From: Acidimicrobiia bacterium | GTDB taxonomy: Bacteria > Actinomycetota > Acidimicrobiia > Acidimicrobiales > CAIXPF01 | DNA length: 53,891 nucleotides | Assembly (NCBI GenBank): GCA_009377505.1 | Contig: WHTX01000002.1 | Span: forward strand, 1 to 53,891 | Direction of reading: 5' to 3' | In this document: positions 45,450 through 53,891 of the stretch, in pieces | Numbering within the stretch: the stretch's first letter is position 1 | Layout of the letters: each line of letters begins with the position of its first letter | Notes under the pieces: model-generated | Told to the model about the DNA's origin: nothing | The model's database searches: none | Seen by the model: only the letters and a program-made list of their open reading frames with translations | Position numbers and translations under genes: made by a program

Positions 45450-46280
45450 GCCAGCGGCCGGGCCCTGGCCAGGGCCGAGGCCTTGGCGCGAAGTGGTGAT
45501 GAACAGCTGGTCGAGCCGGGGCCCCCCGAAGGTGCAGGCAGTGACCTGGCGGGCGGGCACCTCGACCACCTCGTCGAGCACCCCGGCGGGCGTGTACCGG
45601 CGCACGGCGCCCCCGCCGAAGAGCGCCACCCAGACGCCACCCTCCCGGTCGACGGTCAAGCCGTCGGGGCCTCCGGCGCCGGGCGGGAGCTCGACGAAGG
45701 GGCGCTGCCCGGTCAGCCCGGTCGCCTCGTCGTAGTCGAGGACGGCGACGCGCCCGGTCGGCGTGTCGTTGTAGTAGGCGCGCGAGCCGTCAGGGCTCCA
45801 GTCGAGGCCGTTGGAGATGGTGACCCCGTCGAGCACCACCCGGACCGAGCCGTCGGGGTCGAGCCGGTAGAGCGCGCCAGCGCCGCTCCGCTGGTCGTAG
45901 GCCATCGAGCCGCAGTAGAAGCGCCCGTGGGGGTCACAGCCCCCGTCGTTCATGCGCACGCCGGGGTCGGCCCACAGCTCGCCGAGCGGCGTGAGCGCCC
46001 CGTCGGCGCCCTCGAGCACGAAGCCCCGCTCCACGCCGATCACCGCGCCCCCACGGCGCCGGGGGCGGACGGCGGCGGCGACCCGGCCCACGTTGCGCCG
46101 TTCGACCGCCCCGTCGGCGGCCAGGGTCAGGACGTCGCCAGCAAACATGTCCACCCAGCGCAGGCCGCCCCAGCGCTCGGACCACACCGGGCCCTCGGCG
46201 TGGTGGGCGACGGGCTCGGTCACCTGCTCAGCGCGCACGCGGCGCCTCCTCGTCGGGACGGCAGACGCTATCGCCACCAC
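45390..46280 (-). CDS. SMP-30/gluconolactonase/LRE-family protein
   Basis: EGPVW, NDGGCDPHGRFYCGSM, SNGLDWSPDG, PDGLTVDREGGVW beta-propeller motifs. 60-nt convergent overlap with marR. Confidence 0.8.
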   Translation of the reverse strand: MVAIASAVPTRRRRVRAEQVTEPVAHHAEGPVWSERWGGLRWVDMFAGDVLTLAADGAVERRNVGRVAAAVRPRRRGGAVIGVERGFVLEGADGALTPLGELWADPGVRMNDGGCDPHGRFYCGSMAYDQRSGAGALYRLDPDGSVRVVLDGVTISNGLDWSPDGSRAYYNDTPTGRVAVLDYDEATGLTGQRPFVELPPGAGGPDGLTVDREGGVWVALFGGGAVRRYTPAGVLDEVVEVPARQVTACTFGGPRLDQLFITTSRQGLGPGQGPAAGSLFVAAVGAVGLPVREFAG

Positions 46281-46327
46281 CAGGCCGACCGGGACGCGCC
46301 CCGCCGCGCCTCCTACGCTCGCGGTCG

Positions 46328-47281
46328 GTGCCAGGCACGGTGGCCGCCCCGTCGGGCGAGCAGTACTCGATCACGCACGGCAGCCAGACCGTGGTCATCA
46401 CCGAGGTCGGGGCCAGCCTGCGCGACTACACCGCCGCAGGTCGGCCGGTGCTCGACGGCTACGGCGCCGAGGAGCCCTGCACCGGCGGCCGGGGCCAGAG
46501 CCTCCTCCCGTGGCCCAACCGGGTCCGCGGCGGCCGTTACCCGTGGCAGGGCAGCACCGAGCAGCTCGACCTGACCGAGCCCGACAAGGGCGGCGCCATC
46601 CACGGGCTGACCCGCTGGGCCAACTGGCGCCTCGTCGAGCGCAGCGGGCACCGCGCCCGGTTCGCCTACGTCCTGCACGCCTGCCCGGGGTGGCCGTTCG
46701 TGCTCGGCTGCGAGCTCGACTACTCGCTCGGCGACGCCGGGCTGACGGTGCGCACCACGGCGACCAACCTCGGCCGGCGTGCCTGCCCCTACGGCACCGG
46801 CGCCCACCCCTACCTGCACGCCGGCGCCCCGACGATCGACTCGGCACGCCTGGCGGTGCCCGCCCGCCGCTACCTGCCCGTGGACGGCGCCGGCATCCCG
46901 ACCGGCCAGGCACCGGTCGACGGCACGCCCTACGACCTGCGCCGAGCCCGCCAGCTCGGCGACCGGCGCCTCGACACGGCCTACACCGACCTCGAACGCG
47001 ACGGCGACGGGCGTGCCCGCGCCCACCTCACTCGCCCCGACGGTCGCCGGGTGGCCCTGTGGCTCGACGAGGCCTACTCGTACCTGCAGGCCTTCACCGG
47101 CGACACCCTGCCCGAGCCCGACCGGCGGCGAACCGGGCTGGCCGTCGAGCCGATGACCTGCGCGCCCGACGCCTTCAACTCGGGGGCCGGGCTGGTCGTG
47201 CTCGGGCCCGGGGACACCCACACCGCGGCGTGGGGCATCGAGCCGCCCGCCGAGCCCGCGCCCGAGGAGAACCGCCCGTGA
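46328..47281 (+). CDS. Aldose 1-epimerase family protein
   Basis: LLPWPNRVRGGRY, HGLTRW, GAHPYL, GLAVEPMTCAPDAFN motifs. Confidence 0.8.
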   Translation: MPGTVAAPSGEQYSITHGSQTVVITEVGASLRDYTAAGRPVLDGYGAEEPCTGGRGQSLLPWPNRVRGGRYPWQGSTEQLDLTEPDKGGAIHGLTRWANWRLVERSGHRARFAYVLHACPGWPFVLGCELDYSLGDAGLTVRTTATNLGRRACPYGTGAHPYLHAGAPTIDSARLAVPARRYLPVDGAGIPTGQAPVDGTPYDLRRARQLGDRRLDTAYTDLERDGDGRARAHLTRPDGRRVALWLDEAYSYLQAFTGDTLPEPDRRRTGLAVEPMTCAPDAFNSGAGLVVLGPGDTHTAAWGIEPPAEPAPEENRP

Positions 47282-48714
47282 TCGACAAGCTCGTACTGTT
47301 GGGGGCCACCGGCGACCTCGCCGGCCGCTACCTGCTGCCCGCCCTGGCTGAGCTGCACGCCGCTGGCGGGCTCCCTGGCGGGTTCGAGCTCGCCGGCGCG
47401 GCCCGCGACGCGCTGGACGACGACTCGTTCCGGCAGGCGGCCGGGGCGGAGCTCGCTGAGCACGCCGCCGACGTGCCCGTCGCCGCCCGGGACGCCCTGG
47501 TGCGCTCGATGCGCTACCGACCGGTCGACCTCGAGGACGCCGAGAGCGTCGCCCGGGCCGTCCACGGTGACGGCAACGGCGGGCGCAGTGACGGCGGGGG
47601 GCGCGGCGGCGGTCGCCGGCCGGTGGCGGTCTACCTGGCGCTGCCCTCGGGCCTGTTCGCCCCGACGGTGCGCACCCTGGGGACCGTCGGGCTGGCACCG
47701 GGCAGCCGGATCGCCCTGGAGAAGCCCTTCGGCGAGGACCTCGAGAGCGCGCGGGCGCTCAACGCCCTGCTGGCTCGGGCGGGCGAGGAGGCCGGGGAGC
47801 ACGTGGCCTTCCGGGTCGACCACTTCCTGGGGATGGCCAGCGTGCAGAACCTGCTCGGGCTGCGGCTGGCCAACCGGGCGCTCGCGGCGGCGTGGAACAG
47901 CGAGCACATCGAGCAGGTCGAGATCGTCTGGGAGGAGACCCTCGCCCTCGAAGGCCGGGCCGCGTACTACGACCGGGCCGGGCAGCTGAAGGACATGGTG
48001 CAGAACCACCTGCTCCAGGTCCTGTGCCTCGTGGCCATGGAGCCCCCGGCCGCCCTGCGGGCACGGGACCTGCGCGACCGCAAGCTCGACGTGCTGCGCG
48101 CCGTGCGCCCCATGAGCCCGGCCGACGCCGTCGCCCGGACGCGGCGGGCCCGCTACACCGCGGGGCGGATCGGCGACCGCCAGGTCCCGGCCTACGTGGA
48201 CGAGGACGGCGTCGACCCCGCCCGCGCCACGGAGACCTGCGCCGAGGTGGCCCTGGAGCTCGACAACGAGCGGTGGGCGGGGACCCGCTTCGTGGTGCGC
48301 ACGGCCAAGGCGATGGGCCGTGACCGCATGGAGGTCGTGGTGCGCTTCCGCCCCGTCGCCGGGGCCCCCTTCGCCAGCTCCCCCGCGCCGGCGCCCAACG
48401 AGCTACGGGTCGGCCTGGGCGAGCTCGACGACCATGTCACCCTGGTGCTCACCGGCGGGGCCGCCGGCACCCCGCCCCGCCCCGCGCCGCTGGCCCTCAC
48501 CGCCCCGCCGCCGCCGTGCGCGCTGCCCGCCTACAGCCGGGTACTGCTCGACATCCTGGGGGGCGAGAGCACCCTGTCGGTCCGGGGCGACGAGGCCGAA
48601 CAGGCCTGGCGCATCGTCACGCCCGTGCTGGAGGCGTGGGCCGACGGCTCGGTGCCCCTGCAGGAGTACCCCGCGGGCTCGGCCGGCCCGCCGCCCCCGG
48701 CCCGCCGGGCCTGA
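47278..48714 (+). CDS. zwf: Glucose-6-phosphate dehydrogenase
   Basis: GTGA overlap with the upstream stop. LLGATGDLAGRYLLPAL, EKPFGEDL, RVDHFLGM, DMVQNHLLQVL. Confidence 0.85.
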   Translation: MIDKLVLLGATGDLAGRYLLPALAELHAAGGLPGGFELAGAARDALDDDSFRQAAGAELAEHAADVPVAARDALVRSMRYRPVDLEDAESVARAVHGDGNGGRSDGGGRGGGRRPVAVYLALPSGLFAPTVRTLGTVGLAPGSRIALEKPFGEDLESARALNALLARAGEEAGEHVAFRVDHFLGMASVQNLLGLRLANRALAAAWNSEHIEQVEIVWEETLALEGRAAYYDRAGQLKDMVQNHLLQVLCLVAMEPPAALRARDLRDRKLDVLRAVRPMSPADAVARTRRARYTAGRIGDRQVPAYVDEDGVDPARATETCAEVALELDNERWAGTRFVVRTAKAMGRDRMEVVVRFRPVAGAPFASSPAPAPNELRVGLGELDDHVTLVLTGGAAGTPPRPAPLALTAPPPPCALPAYSRVLLDILGGESTLSVRGDEAEQAWRIVTPVLEAWADGSVPLQEYPAGSAGPPPPARRA

Positions 48715-48719
48715 GCGGC

Positions 48720-51125
48720 CTACTGCCGGGGCCGGCGGTGCGCCCCCGGCGGCCCGGCGGTGTCGTCGCCGTTGGCGCCCACGCCGTGGCGGGACGCCTC
48801 GCGGCCGGGCGGCGGCCCGACGGGCGGCCGCTGGCCCCGCTCGGGACACGGGAGCGTGCGGGGCGAGCCCGCCTCGAGGGTCAGGAGGTCGCCGTTGTGG
48901 GTCAGCTCGAGCGGCTCGCCGCTGACCAGCTCGTATCGGGCGCTGTCGTGGCCGAGCTCGACGCGGAGGCGTCGGCCCCGGTAGAGCAGGCGGAAGCAGA
49001 GCCGGGTGAGCCTCGTGGGCAGGCACGGCGAGAAGGCGAGCGTGTCGCCATGGTCGCGCATCCCCCCGAACCCGGCGACGGCGACCAGCCAGGTGCCGGC
49101 GAGCGAGGCCAGGTGCAACCCGTCGGCCGTGTTGCCGGCGCGATCCCGCAGGTCGACGAGGGCGGTCTCGAGCAGGTACTCGTAGGCGAGCTCGACGTGC
49201 CCGACCTCGGCGGCGACGACCCCCTGGATGCACGCCGACAACGAAGAGTCACGCACGGTGATCGGCTCGTAGTAGTCGAAGTCGCGCCGCTTCTGCTCGG
49301 GGGAGAACTGGTCGCCGCAGGCGTAGAGGGCGAAGACCAGGTCGGCCTGCTTCACCACCTGGCTCGAGTAGAGCAGGTAGTAGGGGTAGTGCATCAGCAG
49401 CGGGTACTCGTCGGGGTCGGTGGCAGCGAAGTCCCACGGGCGGTAGCGGGTGAACCCCTCCGACTGGGAGGTCACGCCGAGCTGGGCGTCGAAGGGGACG
49501 ACCATGGCGTCCGCCGCCGCCCGCCACGATTCCACCTCCTCGTCCTCGACGCCGAGCTCGGCCGCCCGTTCGGGGTATCGCGACACCACCTCAGCGGCAG
49601 CGCGGAGGTTGCGGGCGGCCATCAGGTTGGTGAAGGCGTTGTTGTCGACGAGCGCGGTGTACTCGTCGGGCCCCGTCACCCCGTCGATGCGGAAACACCC
49701 CTCGGCGTCGTGGTGCCCGAGCGACGCCCACAACCGGGCCGTCTCCACGAGCAGCTCGAAGCCCGGCCCCCGCTCGAAGTCGGCGTCGCCGGAGGCGGCG
49801 CCATAGCGGCGAGCAGCATCAGCGACGCCCGCGTTGACGTGGAACGCCGCCGTTCCCGCCGGCCAGTACCCCGAGCACTCCTCGCCGCGGATCGTCCGCC
49901 ATGGGAAGGTGACGCCTCCGAGGCGGAGCTCGCGAGCCCGGGACCGAGCCAGCTCGAGCGTCGTGTGGCGCCACAGCAGTGCGTCGCGGGCCGATTTGGG
50001 GGCGGTGTAGGTCAGGACCGGGAGTGTGTACGTCTCCATGTCCCAGAAGGTGTGCCCGTCGTAGCCCCGGCCGGTGAGCCCCTTGGCGGGGATGGCGCGC
50101 TGCTCCGCCCGCGCCGCGGCCTGCACCACCTGGAAGAGGCCGAAGCGGACCGCCTGCTGCAGCTCGGGGTCGCCCTCCAGCTCCACGTCGGCGCGCTCCC
50201 ACACGTCATCGAGGTACTCGCGCTGCGCGGCCCGCAGCCCCTCCCAGCCGGTCCGCCTCGCCGCAGCGAGCGCGGCGTCGACCTGGTCGCGCAGCGCGGG
50301 CATCGAGCGCACGCTCGACCACCCGTAGGCGAGCAGCTTCACCACCTTCAGCGTCTCCCCCGGCGCCAGCTCGGTGCTCACCGTGACCCGCGCCAGGTCG
50401 GGCTCGCTCTCCGACGTCGTCACCGTTCCCGGGGGCCCCTCCACCACGTGGTCGAGCCCGGCCGCCATCCGCAGCCCGCTGGCGCGGGTGCGGTGCCCGA
50501 GCGCGGCCTCGAGGTCGTTGGACGCGTGGTACTCGCAGACGAGGGGGGCGCGCAGCGCCGCGGCCGCCCGGGGGTCGGCCGCTCGCCCGGGTACGGGCTC
50601 GTTGGCCACGAGGGTCGACTGCACCACGATGCGGGCCGCCTCGTCGAGCGGCTCGACCTCGTAGCAGATCGCCGCCACAGCGCGATGGACGAAGGAGACC
50701 AGCCGGGTCGAGCGGGCCCGCACCCGCTGGCCGGCGGGCGAGGTCCACTCCAGGTCCCGCCGCAGGACGCCCTCGCGCAGGTCGAGCACCCGCTCGTGGT
50801 GCGAGAGCCTCCCGTGGCGCACATCGAGGGGCTCGTCGTCGACGAGCAGTCGGATCAGCTTGCCGTTCGTGACATCGATGAGGGACTGGCCCTCCTCGGG
50901 GTAGCCGTAGCCCGCCTCGGCGTAAGGCAGGGGCAGGGACTCGAAGAAGCCGTTCAGGTACGTCCCGGGGATGCCGTGGGGCTCACCCTCGTCGAGGTTG
51001 CCGCGCAGCCCGATGTGGCCGTTCGAGAGGGCGAAGATCGACTCGGTCTGGCCGAGCAGGTCGAGGTGCAGCTCCCGCTCGGCCACGGCCCACGGGTCGA
51101 CGGAGAACGTCCCCGGCTCGATCAC
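48720..51125 (-). CDS. Glycoside hydrolase family 65 disaccharide phosphorylase (trehalose/maltose/kojibiose type)
   Basis: GYDGHTFWDMETY, PWRTIRGEECSGYWPAGTAAFHVN. GTGA overlap with the beta-PGM stop. Confidence 0.85.
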   Translation of the reverse strand: MIEPGTFSVDPWAVAERELHLDLLGQTESIFALSNGHIGLRGNLDEGEPHGIPGTYLNGFFESLPLPYAEAGYGYPEEGQSLIDVTNGKLIRLLVDDEPLDVRHGRLSHHERVLDLREGVLRRDLEWTSPAGQRVRARSTRLVSFVHRAVAAICYEVEPLDEAARIVVQSTLVANEPVPGRAADPRAAAALRAPLVCEYHASNDLEAALGHRTRASGLRMAAGLDHVVEGPPGTVTTSESEPDLARVTVSTELAPGETLKVVKLLAYGWSSVRSMPALRDQVDAALAAARRTGWEGLRAAQREYLDDVWERADVELEGDPELQQAVRFGLFQVVQAAARAEQRAIPAKGLTGRGYDGHTFWDMETYTLPVLTYTAPKSARDALLWRHTTLELARSRARELRLGGVTFPWRTIRGEECSGYWPAGTAAFHVNAGVADAARRYGAASGDADFERGPGFELLVETARLWASLGHHDAEGCFRIDGVTGPDEYTALVDNNAFTNLMAARNLRAAAEVVSRYPERAAELGVEDEEVESWRAAADAMVVPFDAQLGVTSQSEGFTRYRPWDFAATDPDEYPLLMHYPYYLLYSSQVVKQADLVFALYACGDQFSPEQKRRDFDYYEPITVRDSSLSACIQGVVAAEVGHVELAYEYLLETALVDLRDRAGNTADGLHLASLAGTWLVAVAGFGGMRDHGDTLAFSPCLPTRLTRLCFRLLYRGRRLRVELGHDSARYELVSGEPLELTHNGDLLTLEAGSPRTLPCPERGQRPPVGPPPGREASRHGVGANGDDTAGPPGAHRRPRQ

Positions 51126-51934
51126 CGCGCCCCCAGCAGGTCGCCGAGGTCGGCGACGACGGTGTCGGCGCCGTGGCTGCGCAGCGCCCCGGCGTGCCCG
51201 GCGCGGTCGACGCCGACGACCCACCCGAAGTCGCCGGCCCGTCCCGCCTGCACGCCGGCGACGGCGTCCTCGAAGACGGCCGCGTGGCCGGGGGCGACGC
51301 CCAGGGCCTCGGCCGCGGCGAGGAACATGTCGGGGGCGGGCTTGCCCCGTAGGCCCGCCTGCTGGGCCACCAGCCCGTCGACGCGCACCTCGAAGAGGCC
51401 CTCGATGCCGGCGGCGGCGAGCACTTCCCGGCAGTTCTTGCTCGCCGAGACGACCGCCCGCCGCAGTCCGGCGTCGCGCACGACGGCGACGAAGCGCACC
51501 GACCCCTCGTACACCTCGACGCCGTCACGCCTGATGAGCTCGAGCACCAGGTCGTTCTTGCGGGTGCCCAGGCCGTGGACCGTCTCCGCCGTCGGCGGGC
51601 CCTCGTCCGCCCCCTCGGGAAGGGCGATCCCCCGAGACGCCAGGAACCCCCGCACGCCGTCCTGGCGGAGCTTGCCGTCGACGTGGTCGACGTAGTCCGC
51701 GGGGAGCTCGAAGGGGCGGAAGGGCCCGCCCGTCCGCCTCGACCGGTCGACCAGGAAGGCGTCGAACATCTCCTTCCACGCCGCGGCGTGCACCTTTGCC
51801 GTCTGGGTGAGGACGCCGTCGAGGTCGAACAGGCAGGCGGAGATGCCCTCGGGCAGGGCCGCCAGCGCGCTGCGGGCCCGCAGCGCCGCCCGGGACGTCG
51901 GCGCGCCCGGCAGGGCGTTGGTTGATCGGTCCAC
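51122..51934 (-). CDS. pgmB: Beta-phosphoglucomutase-family HAD hydrolase
   Basis: HAD motif I CLFDLDGVLTQTA. Motif IV FEDAVAGVQAGRAG. Coupled to the GH65 gene. Confidence 0.8.
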   Translation of the reverse strand: MDRSTNALPGAPTSRAALRARSALAALPEGISACLFDLDGVLTQTAKVHAAAWKEMFDAFLVDRSRRTGGPFRPFELPADYVDHVDGKLRQDGVRGFLASRGIALPEGADEGPPTAETVHGLGTRKNDLVLELIRRDGVEVYEGSVRFVAVVRDAGLRRAVVSASKNCREVLAAAGIEGLFEVRVDGLVAQQAGLRGKPAPDMFLAAAEALGVAPGHAAVFEDAVAGVQAGRAGDFGWVVGVDRAGHAGALRSHGADTVVADLGDLLGAR

Positions 51935-52042
51935 CGCTCGACGCTATCCCGGCGCGGTCGACGAGGGCCGGGGGCCCCGACCTGTCGGCGCCTCGTTCTC
52001 CGCGCCGTTGCACGATGGCCTTGCAGAACACATAAGGCTAGT

Positions 52043-52060
52043 TGGTAGGTTTACCTACCA
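52043..52060. promoter_or_regulatory. 18-bp palindrome TGGTAGG-TTTA-CCTACCA in an AT-rich island; candidate operator overlapping a TAGGTT -10-like hexamer
   Basis: Read directly. Lies ~70 nt upstream of the DUF2470-SIP coding start. Confidence 0.4.
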
Positions 52061-52130
52061 TGAACCTGTCGATCCGCTACTCCCTCGCAGTGGCGGGCCC
52101 CGCCCCTCAGGCCGCGGCGGCGAGCTGACC

Positions 52131-53300
52131 GTGGCCGACCCACAGGGCGCGGCGGCCCCAGAGCGGGCGCCGGGCGCGCCGGGCGCGCAAGGCGCTCCGG
52201 TCGATGACCCCGTCGCCGCCACGCTGGCCGAGCTCGGGCCGGCGGTGCTCGACCGGCTCAACAACGACTTCGAAGACTCGATGCTGCTGGTGGGGCGCGT
52301 GCTCGGCGGGCGGCCCGAGGCGCTCTCCGCGACGGTGACGGGGGTGGACCGCCGGGGCGTCGACGTGACCGTCACCGACCCCGCCGGCGACCACCTCGCC
52401 CGCATCGACTTCGTCGAGGAGGTGGGCGACGTCGCCCAGCTCACGGCGTCGCTGCTGGGCCTGGTCACCCGGGCGCGGGAGGTCTCCCGGGAGGAGGGGA
52501 CGACGAGCGCCGAGCGGGAGATGGCCGAGCTGGCCGGCATCCGCACGTTCCTCGCCCAGGTCGTGGCCGTGGCGGACCTCCACCCCCACCTCCGCCAGGT
52601 GACCTTCGCCGGCGGCGACCTGGCGACGTTCGCCCCCCGGGGGCCGGACACCTTCCTCTACCTCCTGCTGCCGCCGCCTGGCCGGGACACGCTCACCATC
52701 GACCAGGGCTTCACCTGGGAGCAGCACGCGCAGATGCCCGAGGCCGAGCGCCCCGTCGGCGGCTACTACACCGTGCGCCGCTGGCGGCCGGACGTCGGCG
52801 AGCTCGACGTGCTGATGGTGGTGCACGGCAACGAGGGCCAGGCGTCGGCCTGGGCGCAGCGGGCCCGACCGGGCGACACCGTGGCGCTGTGGGGCCCGCG
52901 CACGGCCTACCACCCGCCCCCGGGCTGCGACCGGCTGCTCCTGGTCGCCGACGAGACCGGCCTGCCCGCCGTGGCGGCCATCCTCGAGCAGCGGCCCCCC
53001 GGCCTACCGGCCCGGGTCCTGGCCGAGGTGGCCAGCGAGGCCGAGCGCCAGGCGCTGCCCGGCGCGCCCGAGGTCGAGGTCACCTGGCTGCACCGCGACG
53101 GCGCCGAGGCGGGGACGACCACGTTGCTCGTCGACGCGGCGCGGGCGCTGCCGCCCCTCGGAGGGCGCCCCTACGTCTGGGGCGGCGGCGAGAGCCGGGC
53201 CATGACTGCGGTGCGCCGCCACGTGCGCGACGATCGCGGCCTCGGGCGGGACGCCGTGTCGCTGGTGGCCTACTGGCGGCACGGGGGCGGGCACGAGTAG
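52131..53300 (+). CDS. DUF2470-like N-terminal domain fused to a siderophore-interacting (FAD-binding 9 / SIP) reductase
   Basis: SIP pattern: YYTVRRWRP, LLLVADETGLPAVAAILE, VWGGGESRAMTAVRRHV. Start at GTG 52131 is tentative. Confidence 0.7.
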   Translation: MADPQGAAAPERAPGAPGAQGAPVDDPVAATLAELGPAVLDRLNNDFEDSMLLVGRVLGGRPEALSATVTGVDRRGVDVTVTDPAGDHLARIDFVEEVGDVAQLTASLLGLVTRAREVSREEGTTSAEREMAELAGIRTFLAQVVAVADLHPHLRQVTFAGGDLATFAPRGPDTFLYLLLPPPGRDTLTIDQGFTWEQHAQMPEAERPVGGYYTVRRWRPDVGELDVLMVVHGNEGQASAWAQRARPGDTVALWGPRTAYHPPPGCDRLLLVADETGLPAVAAILEQRPPGLPARVLAEVASEAERQALPGAPEVEVTWLHRDGAEAGTTTLLVDAARALPPLGGRPYVWGGGESRAMTAVRRHVRDDRGLGRDAVSLVAYWRHGGGHE

Positions 53301-53450
53301 CCGGCCGCCCCCGCGCCGCCCGGTTGCGCCCGGTGGCGCCCGGCTCGTGGCGCCAGGGCTCGTCGAATTTCGACCGTCGACGACCGTTGACCAGCCGGTG
53401 GCTCGCTCGCCCAGCTCAGACCCCCTTTCGCCCGCCCTGCGGCCACGACG

Positions 53451-53472
53451 CGTCGATTCGACGTCGATTCGC
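53451..53472. repeat. ATTCG-box, exact inverted copy of 18098-18119
   Basis: cgtcgattcgacgtcgattcgc. A related copy (attcgacgggattcgctgc) lies at 53534-53552. Confidence 0.8.
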
Positions 53473-53573
53473 TGCGCCTCCTCGACGACGCCGGTGAAGG
53501 GTCCGTGACCAGGGCATTCGCCGCCGTGTGGCCATTCGACGGGATTCGCTGCCCGTGCGAGCCAGGTAGGCGG

Positions 53574-53891
53574 TCAATCGGTGCCGCTGCCCGCCTCGTC
53601 GTCGCCCTCGTCACCCTCGTCGCCCTCGTCGTCCCCGCTCTCGGCTGCGGGACGGTCGCTGTCCGCGGCGACGGGCGGGATGGGCGCAGCCGGGATGATG
53701 TCGACGGCCGGGGGCGGAGCCGTCGGCGCCGCGCCCGGCGGTTGCGGGGGCGCGGCCTCGGCCGGCGGGGGCGTGGAAGGCGGTGCTGTCGAAGGTGGCG
53801 TCGTCGAAGGTGGTGTCCTTCGCGGTGCGGGCGGCGGCGTGGCCGGCCCAGCCTCGGCCGGAGGCGACGCGGCCGGAGGGGCAGCGAATCC
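53574..53891 (-). CDS. C-terminal part of a Pro/Ala/Thr-rich protein with an acidic DEG-repeat tail (5' end outside the window)
   Basis: Minus frame is open from the window edge to TGA (53576-53574). Translation ...TPPSTTPPSTAPPSTPPP...GDDEGDEGDEGDDEAGSGTD. Absent from the supplied ORF track because no start codon lies in the window. Confidence 0.45.
   Translation of the reverse strand, partial: GFAAPPAASPPAEAGPATPPPAPRRTPPSTTPPSTAPPSTPPPAEAAPPQPPGAAPTAPPPAVDIIPAAPIPPVAADSDRPAAESGDDEGDEGDEGDDEAGSGTD

Noticed and set aside
48516-51695. 1059-aa plus-strand ORF, the longest in the track
   Set aside because: It lies antisense to the GH65 and beta-PGM genes, which have clear family motifs. Its translation is Arg/Pro/Gly-rich with no motifs. 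This is the typical shadow ORF of high-GC DNA. The same reasoning applies to 221-1267(-), 4190-5668(-), 8589-10022(-), 12585-14639(+), 15337-16845(-), 20517-22895(+), 25196-26824(+), 38523-40619(-) and 38834-40687(+).
52028-52060. IdeR/DtxR iron box upstream of the SIP gene
   Set aside because: The left half (TAAGGCTAG) fits TWAGGTWAG, but there is no matching right half at the proper spacing. The perfect palindrome has TAGGT/ACCTA only 2 nt apart instead of 9. It is reported only as an unassigned operator candidate.

Overview
Very GC-rich (about 70% or more by eye, not computed) chromosomal segment of Actinomycetota type. It has F420/LLM/DDN enzymes, mycobacterial-style gene neighbourhoods and frequent GTGA start/stop coupling. 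I support about 50 genes. They are: a livF-like ABC ATPase (partial); a MetE-like::methyltransferase fusion; the conserved DUF4178-DUF4247-DUF350-membrane SpeE cluster; nagA; an F420-dependent LLM oxidoreductase; a TPP-riboswitch-controlled thiE-thiO-thiS-thiG-thiE2-thiD operon with convergent tenA; LLM, APH-fold kinase, SDR, acyl-CoA dehydrogenase and CoA-transferase genes; a NitT/TauT-type ABC importer; a cell-wall-anchored repeat protein; a GH65 phosphorylase/beta-PGM/zwf/mutarotase/lactonase sugar module; and a DUF2470-SIP gene. No transposase, integrase, phage genes or CRISPR array were seen. The stand-out locus is 37.1-42.6 kb. It holds a tRNA-Ala-derived RNA that keeps the acceptor stem (G3:U70, A73, encoded CCA), D arm and T arm but has no anticodon arm. 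About 110 nt downstream is a free-standing ~440-aa AlaRS aminoacylation-domain paralogue with no editing or C-Ala domains. Converging on it is an operon encoding an aminoacyl-phosphatidylglycerol-synthase (DUF2156/MprF-LysX type) fusion protein, a stand-alone paralogue of that protein's N-terminal membrane module, and HdeD. I read this as a candidate dedicated, translation-insulated aminoacyl-carrier system for envelope (lipid) aminoacylation. The window also carries three dispersed non-coding repeat families: a MIRU-like 42-bp tandem repeat at two loci, a ~110-nt structured element at two loci, and an 11-bp-periodic ATTCG box at two loci. All family names come from reading the translations, not from database searches.
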